64,000 nt of DNA. Origin: Eledone cirrhosa. Its lineage: Eukaryota. The notes under the pieces are model-generated. The model had not been told where the DNA came from. It saw nothing but the letters and a program-made list of their open reading frames with translations, and did not search any database. Within the stretch, counting starts at the first letter, position 1, and every line of letters begins with the position of its first letter. Below, one piece after another: positions 59,401-64,000 of this stretch. The stretch is taken from positions 308 through 64,307 of the forward strand of contig CAXHJY010001588.1 of NCBI GenBank assembly GCA_964016885.1. The letters run 5' to 3'. Both the position numbers and the translations under genes were made by a program.

Positions 59401-61090
59401 AAGCTATCCTAAGCTAAGCTAAGCTATCCTAAGCTAAGCTAAGCTAAGCTATCCTAAGCTATCCTAAGCTAAGCTATCCTAAGCTAAGCTAAGCTAAGCT
59501 ATCCTAAGCTAAGCTAGGCTAAGCTATCCTAAGCTAAGCTAAGCTAAGCTATCCTAAGCTAAGCTAAGCTATCCTAAGCTAAGCTAAGCTAAGCTATCCT
59601 AAGCTAAGCTAAGCTAAGCTATCCTAAGCTATCCTAAGCTAAGCTATCCTAAGCTAAGCTATCCTAAGCTAAGCTATCCTAAGCTATCCTAAGCTAAGCT
59701 ATCCTAAGCTATCCTAAGCTAAGCTATCCTAAGCTAAGCTATCCTAAGCTAAGCTATCCTAAGCTATCCTAAGCTAAGCTATCCTAAGCTATCCTAAGCT
59801 AAGCTAAGCTAAGCTAAGCTAAGCTAAGCTATCCTAAGCTAAGCTAAGCTAAGCTATCCTAAGCTAAGCTAAGCTAAGCTATCCTAAGCTATCCTAAGCT
59901 AAGCTATCCTAAGCTAAGCTATCCTAAGCTATCCTAAGCTAAGCTATCCTAAGCTATCCTAAGCTAAGCTATCCTAAGCTAAGCTATCCTAAGCTAAGCT
60001 ATCCTAAGCTATCCTAAGCTAAGCTATCCTAAGCTATCCTAAGCTAAGCTAAGCTAAGCTATCCTAAGCTAAGCTAAGCTAAGCTATCCTAAGCTAAGCT
60101 AAGCTAAGCTTTCCTAAGCTATCCTAAGCTAAGCTATCCTAAGCTAAGCTATCCTAAGCTAAGCTATCCTAAGCTATCCTAAGCTAAGCTATCCTAAGCT
60201 ATCCTAAGCTAAGCTACCCTAACCTAAGCTATCCTAAGCTATCCTAAGCTAAGCTATCCTAAGCTATCCTAAGCTAAGCTATCCTAAGCTATCCTAAGCT
60301 AAGCTAAGCTAAGCTATCCTAAGCTAAGCTAAGCTTTCCTAAGCTAAGCTAAGCTAAGCTATCCTAAGCTAAGCTAATCTATCCTAAGCTAAGCTAAGCT
60401 AAGCTATCCTAAGCTAAGCTAAGCTAAGCTATCCTAAGCTAAGCTAAGCTAAGCTATCCTAAGCTAAGCTAAGCTATCCTAAGCTAAGCTAAGCTAAGCT
60501 ATCCTAAGCTAAGCTAAGCTAAGCTATCCTAAGCTAAGCTAAGCTAAGCTATCCTAAGCTAAGCTAAGCTATCCTAAGCTAAGCTAAGCTATCCTAAGCT
60601 AAGCTAAGCTAAGCTATCCTAAGCTAAGCTAAGCTAAGCTATCCTAAGCTAAGCTAAGCTAAGCTATCCTAAGCTATCCTAAGCTATCCTAAGCTAAGCT
60701 AAGCTAAGCTATCCTAAGCTAAGCTAAGCTAAGCTATCCTAAGCTAAGCTAAGCTAAGCTATCCTAAGCTAAGCTAAGCTATCCTAAGCTAAGCTAAGCT
60801 AAGCTATCCTAAGCTAAGCTAAGCTAAGCTATCCTAAGCTATCCTAAGCTAAGCTATCCTAAGCTAAGCTAAGCTAAGCTATCCTAAGCTAAGCTAAGCT
60901 AAGCTATCCTAAGCTAAGCTAAGCTAAGCTATCCTAAGCTAAGCTAAGCTAAGCTATCCTAAGCTAAGCTATCCTAAGCTATCCTAAGCTAAGCTAAGCT
61001 AAGCTAACCCAAGCTAAGCTATCCTAAGCTAAGCTATCCTAAGCTAAGCTATCCTAAGCTAAGCTAAGCTAAGCTATCCTAAGCTAAGCT
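45950..61090 (+). repeat. ~15 kb collinear copy of ~5,450-20,670 at ~40.5 kb offset
   Basis: Cassettes 5630/46122, 9369/49871, 10119/50621, 12633/53170; CTGAG 14212/54749; CAAAG 14802/55344 and 17307/57834; CTAGG 18962/59514; CTACC-CTAAC 19802/60214; CTAAC-CCAAG 20587/61004 (offsets 40,412-40,552). Confidence 0.88.
54320..59330 (+). repeat. Second instance of the ~2.5 kb tandem pair
   Basis: CTAAC 54394/56889 and CAAAG 55344/57834 (offsets 2490-2495), with the same long CTAAG runs as 13,780-18,780. Confidence 0.87.
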
Positions 61091-61149
61091 AAGCTATCCT
61101 AAGCTATCCTAAGCTAAGCTAAGCTAAGCTAACCCAAGCTAAGCTATCC

Positions 61150-63690
61150 TAAGCTAAGCTATCCTAAGCTAAGCTATCCTAAGCTAAGCTATCCTAAGCT
61201 ATCCTAAGCTAAGCTATCCTAAGCTATCCTAAGCTAACCTAAGCTAAGCTATCCTAAGCTAAGCTAAGCTAAGCTATCCTAAGCTAAGCTAAGCTAAGCT
61301 ATCCTAAGCTAAGCTAAGCTAAACTATCCTAAGCTAAGCTAAGCTAAGCTATCCTAAGCTATCCTAAGCTAAGCTATCCTAAGCTAAGCTAAGCTAAGCT
61401 ATCCTAAGCTAAGCTAAGCTAAGCTATCCTAAGCTAAGCTAAGCTAAGCTATCCTAAGCTAAGCTATCCTAAGCTATCCTAAGCTAAGCTAAGCTAAGCT
61501 AACCTAAGCTAAGCTATCCTAAGCTAAGCTATCCTAAGCTAAGCTATCCTAAGCTAAGCTAAGCTAAGCTTTCCTAAGCTAAGCTAAGCTGAGCTATCCT
61601 AAGCTAAGCTAAGCTATCCTAAGCTAAGCTAAGCTAAGCTATCCTAAGCTAAGCTAAGCTAAGCTATCCTAAGCTAAGCTAAGCTAAGCTATCCTAAGCT
61701 AAGCTAAGCTATCCTAAGCTAAGCTAAGCTAAGCTATCCTAAGCTAAGCTAAGCTAAGCTATCCTAAGCTATCCTAAGCTAAGCTATCCTAAGCTAAGCT
61801 ATCCTAAGCTATCCTAAGCTAAGCTATCCTAAGCTAAGCTAAGCTAAGCTATCCTAAGCTAAGCTATCCTAAGCTAAGCTATCCTAAGCTATCCTAAGCT
61901 AAGCTATCCTAAGCTATCCTAAGCTAAGCTATCCTAAGCTATCCTAAGCTAAGCTATCCTAAGCTATCCTAAGCTAAGCTAAGCTATCCTAAGCTAAGCT
62001 AAGCTAAGCTAAGCTATCCTAAGCTAAGCTAAGCTAAGCTAAGCTATCCTAAGCTAAGCTAAGCTAAGCTATCCTAAGCTATCCTAAGCTAAGCTATCCT
62101 AAGCTAAGCTATCCTAAGCTATCCTAAGCTAAGCTATCCTAAGCTATCCTAAGCTAAGCTCTCCTAAGCTAAGCTATCCAAAGCTAAGCTATCCTAAGCT
62201 ATCCTAAGCTAAGCTATCCTAAGCTATCCTAAGCTAAGCTAAGCTAAGCTATCCTAAGCTAAGCTAAGCTAAGCTATCCTAAGCTAAGCTAAGCTAAGCT
62301 TTCCTAAGCTATCCTAAGCTAAGCTATTCTAAGCTAAGCTATCCTAAGCTATCCTAAGCTAAGCTATCCTAAGCTATCCTAAGCTAAGCTATCCTAAGCT
62401 ATCCTAAGCTAAGCTATCCTAACCTAAGCTATCCTAAGCTATCCTAAGCTAAGCTATCCTAAGCTATCCTAAGCTAAGCTATCCTAAGCTATCCTAAGCT
62501 AAGCTAAGCTAAGCTATCCTAAACTAAGCTAAGCTATCCTAAGCTAAGCTAAGCTAAGCTATCCTAAGCTAAGCTAAGCTAAGCTAAGCTAAGCTATCCT
62601 AAGCTAAGCTAAGCTAAGCTAAGCTATCCTAAGCTAAGCTAAGCTAAGCTAAGCTATCCTAAGCTAAGCTAAGCTAAGCTAAGCTAAGCTAAGCTATCCT
62701 AAGCTAAGCTAAGCTAAGCTATCCTAAGCCAAGCTAAGCTAAGCTATCCTAAGCCAAGCTAAGCTAAGCTATCCTAAGCTAAGCTAAGCTAAGCTATCCT
62801 AAGCTAAGCTAAGCTAAGCTATCCTAAGCTAAGCTAAGCTAAGCTATCCTAAGCTAAGCTAAGCTAAGCTATCCTAAGCTAAGCTAAGCTAAGCTATACT
62901 AAGCTAAGCTAAGCTAAGCTATCCTAAGCTAAGCTAAGCTAAGCTATCCTAAGCTAAGCTAAGCTAAGCTATCCTAAGCTAAGCTAAGCTATCCTAAGCT
63001 AAGCTATCCTAAGCTAAGCTAAGCTAAGCTATCCTAAGCTAAGCTAAGCTAAGCTATCCTAAGCTAAGCTAAGCTATCCTAAGCTAAGCTAAGCTAAGCT
63101 ATCCTAAGCTAAGCTAAGCTATCCTAAGCTAAGCTAAGCTAAGCTATCCTAAGCTAAGCTAAGCTAAGCTATCCTAAGCTAAGCTAAGCTAAACTATCCT
63201 AAGCTAAGCTAAGCTATCCTAAGCTAAGCTAAGCTAAGCTAAGCTAAGCTAAGCTAAGCTAAGCTTTCCTAAGCTATCCTAAGCTAAGCTATCCTAAGCT
63301 AAGCTAAGCTAAGCTATCCTAAGCTAAGCTAAGCTATCCTAAGCTAAGCTAAGCTAAGCTATCCTAAGCTAAGCTATCCTAAGCTATCCTAAGCTAAGCT
63401 ATCCTAAGCTATCCTAAGCTAAGCTATCCTAAGCTAAGCTATTCTAAGCTAAGCTAAGCTAAGCTATCCTAAGCTAAGCTAAGCTATCCTAAGCTAAGCT
63501 AAGCTAAGCTATCCTAAGCTAAGCTAAGCTAAGCTATCCTAAGCTAAGCTAAGCTAAGCTATCCTAAGCTAAGCTAAGCTAAGCTATCCTAAGCTAAGTT
63601 AAGCTATCCTAAGCTAAGCTAAGCTAAGCTAAGCTATCCTAAGCTATCCTAAGCTATCCTAAGCTAACCTAAGCTAAGCTATCCTAAGCT
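61150..63690 (+). repeat. Fifth complete copy of the ~2.4-2.5 kb unit
   Basis: CTAAC 61234, CTGAG 61589, CAAAG 62179 and closing CTAAC 63664 occur in the same order as in the copies starting ~13,780, 16,290, 54,320 and 56,820. Confidence 0.85.
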
Positions 63691-64000
63691 AAGCTAAGCT
63701 AAGCTATCCTAAGCTATCCTAAGCTAAGCTAAGCTAAGCTAAGCTAAGCTATCCTAAGCTAAGCTAAGCTAAGCTATCCTAAGCTATCCTAAGCTAAGCT
63801 ATCCTAAGCTAAGCTATCCTAAGCTATCCTAAGCTAAGCTATCCTAAGCTATCCTAAGCTAAGCTATCCTAAGCTAAGCTATCCTAAGCTATCCTAAGCT
63901 AAGCTATCCTAAGCTATCCTAAGCTAAGCTATCCTAAGCTAAGCTAAGCTAAGCTAAGCTAACCTAAGCTAAGCTATCCTAAGCTAAGCTAAGCTAAGCT

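Larger units (their letters stand above)
1..64000. repeat. Compound pentameric satellite array (CTAAG)n interspersed with CTATC; minus strand (TTAGC)n-TTAGG-ATAGC; runs off both window edges
   Basis: Every line parses into 5-bp words, CTAAG (majority) and CTATC, with rare variants (CTAAC, CTCTC, CTTTC, CTGTC, CTAAT, CTAAA, CTATT, CCAAG, CAAAG, GTAAG, TTAAG, CAATC, ATATC, CGATC, CTGAG, CTATG, CTAGG). Both words are 40% GC. No unique sequence and no strand inversion seen. Confidence 0.99.

Noticed and set aside
1-64000. Protein-coding ORFs on either strand
   Set aside because: The plus strand has TAA in every A word and the minus strand has TAG in nearly every word. The 5-bp period cycles these through all frames, and ATG occurs only in eight CTATG variants.
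1-64000. CRISPR array or other repeat-spacer system
   Set aside because: There are no unique spacers, leader or cas genes; the sequence between landmarks is the same two pentamers.
1-64000. A/B order as an information-bearing binary code or synthetic data-storage DNA
   Set aside because: The pattern is highly redundant and explained by nested duplication with inherited point mutations, as in natural satellites. No evidence of a reader, adapters or indexing.
1-64000. Canonical telomerase-synthesised telomere tract
   Set aside because: TTAGG never runs beyond two copies, and rare variants are copied in order over up to 15 kb, which de novo telomerase addition would not produce.
1-64000. G-quadruplex / i-motif array
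   Set aside because: Only isolated GG dinucleotides 10-25 bp apart on the minus strand, and GGG appears only in a few variants, so a stable G4 is unlikely.
1-64000. Embedded transposon, telomere-specific retroelement (SART/TRAS-like) or inversion
   Set aside because: No non-satellite sequence, poly(A), terminal repeats or switch to CTTAG orientation was seen on any line.
1-64000. Assignment to a named satellite family or organism
   Set aside because: I do not reliably recognise this repeat and cannot run a search, so any name would be a guess.

Overview
The whole 64 kb window is one uninterrupted, single-orientation simple-sequence satellite of about 12,800 pentamers. It uses two 5-bp words, A = CTAAG and B = CTATC (minus strand: TTAGC runs punctuated by TTAGG-ATAGC), plus rare single-base variants. 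I see no genes, RNA genes, mobile elements, CRISPR arrays or unique sequence, and stop codons recur in all six frames. The interest is the hidden architecture. B is never followed by B. Two domain types share a 25-bp period (BAAAA and BABAA). Rare variant pentamers act as barcodes and reveal nested copies at offsets of about 0.97, 2.12, 2.5, 4.49, 15.7, 24.9 and 40.5 kb. A diagnostic cassette (CTCTC-CTAAG-GTAAG, 21 copies) is linked to 17 of the only 18 register-shifting indels, all the same CTATC->CTAC deletion. The A word is an interrupted palindrome (CTNAG) and resembles telomeric repeats. Most likely this is a eukaryotic heterochromatic (centromeric, pericentromeric or subtelomeric) array, but organism and function cannot be determined from this window. 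Marker positions were read by eye, and duplication boundaries are approximate (about +/-100-150 bp).
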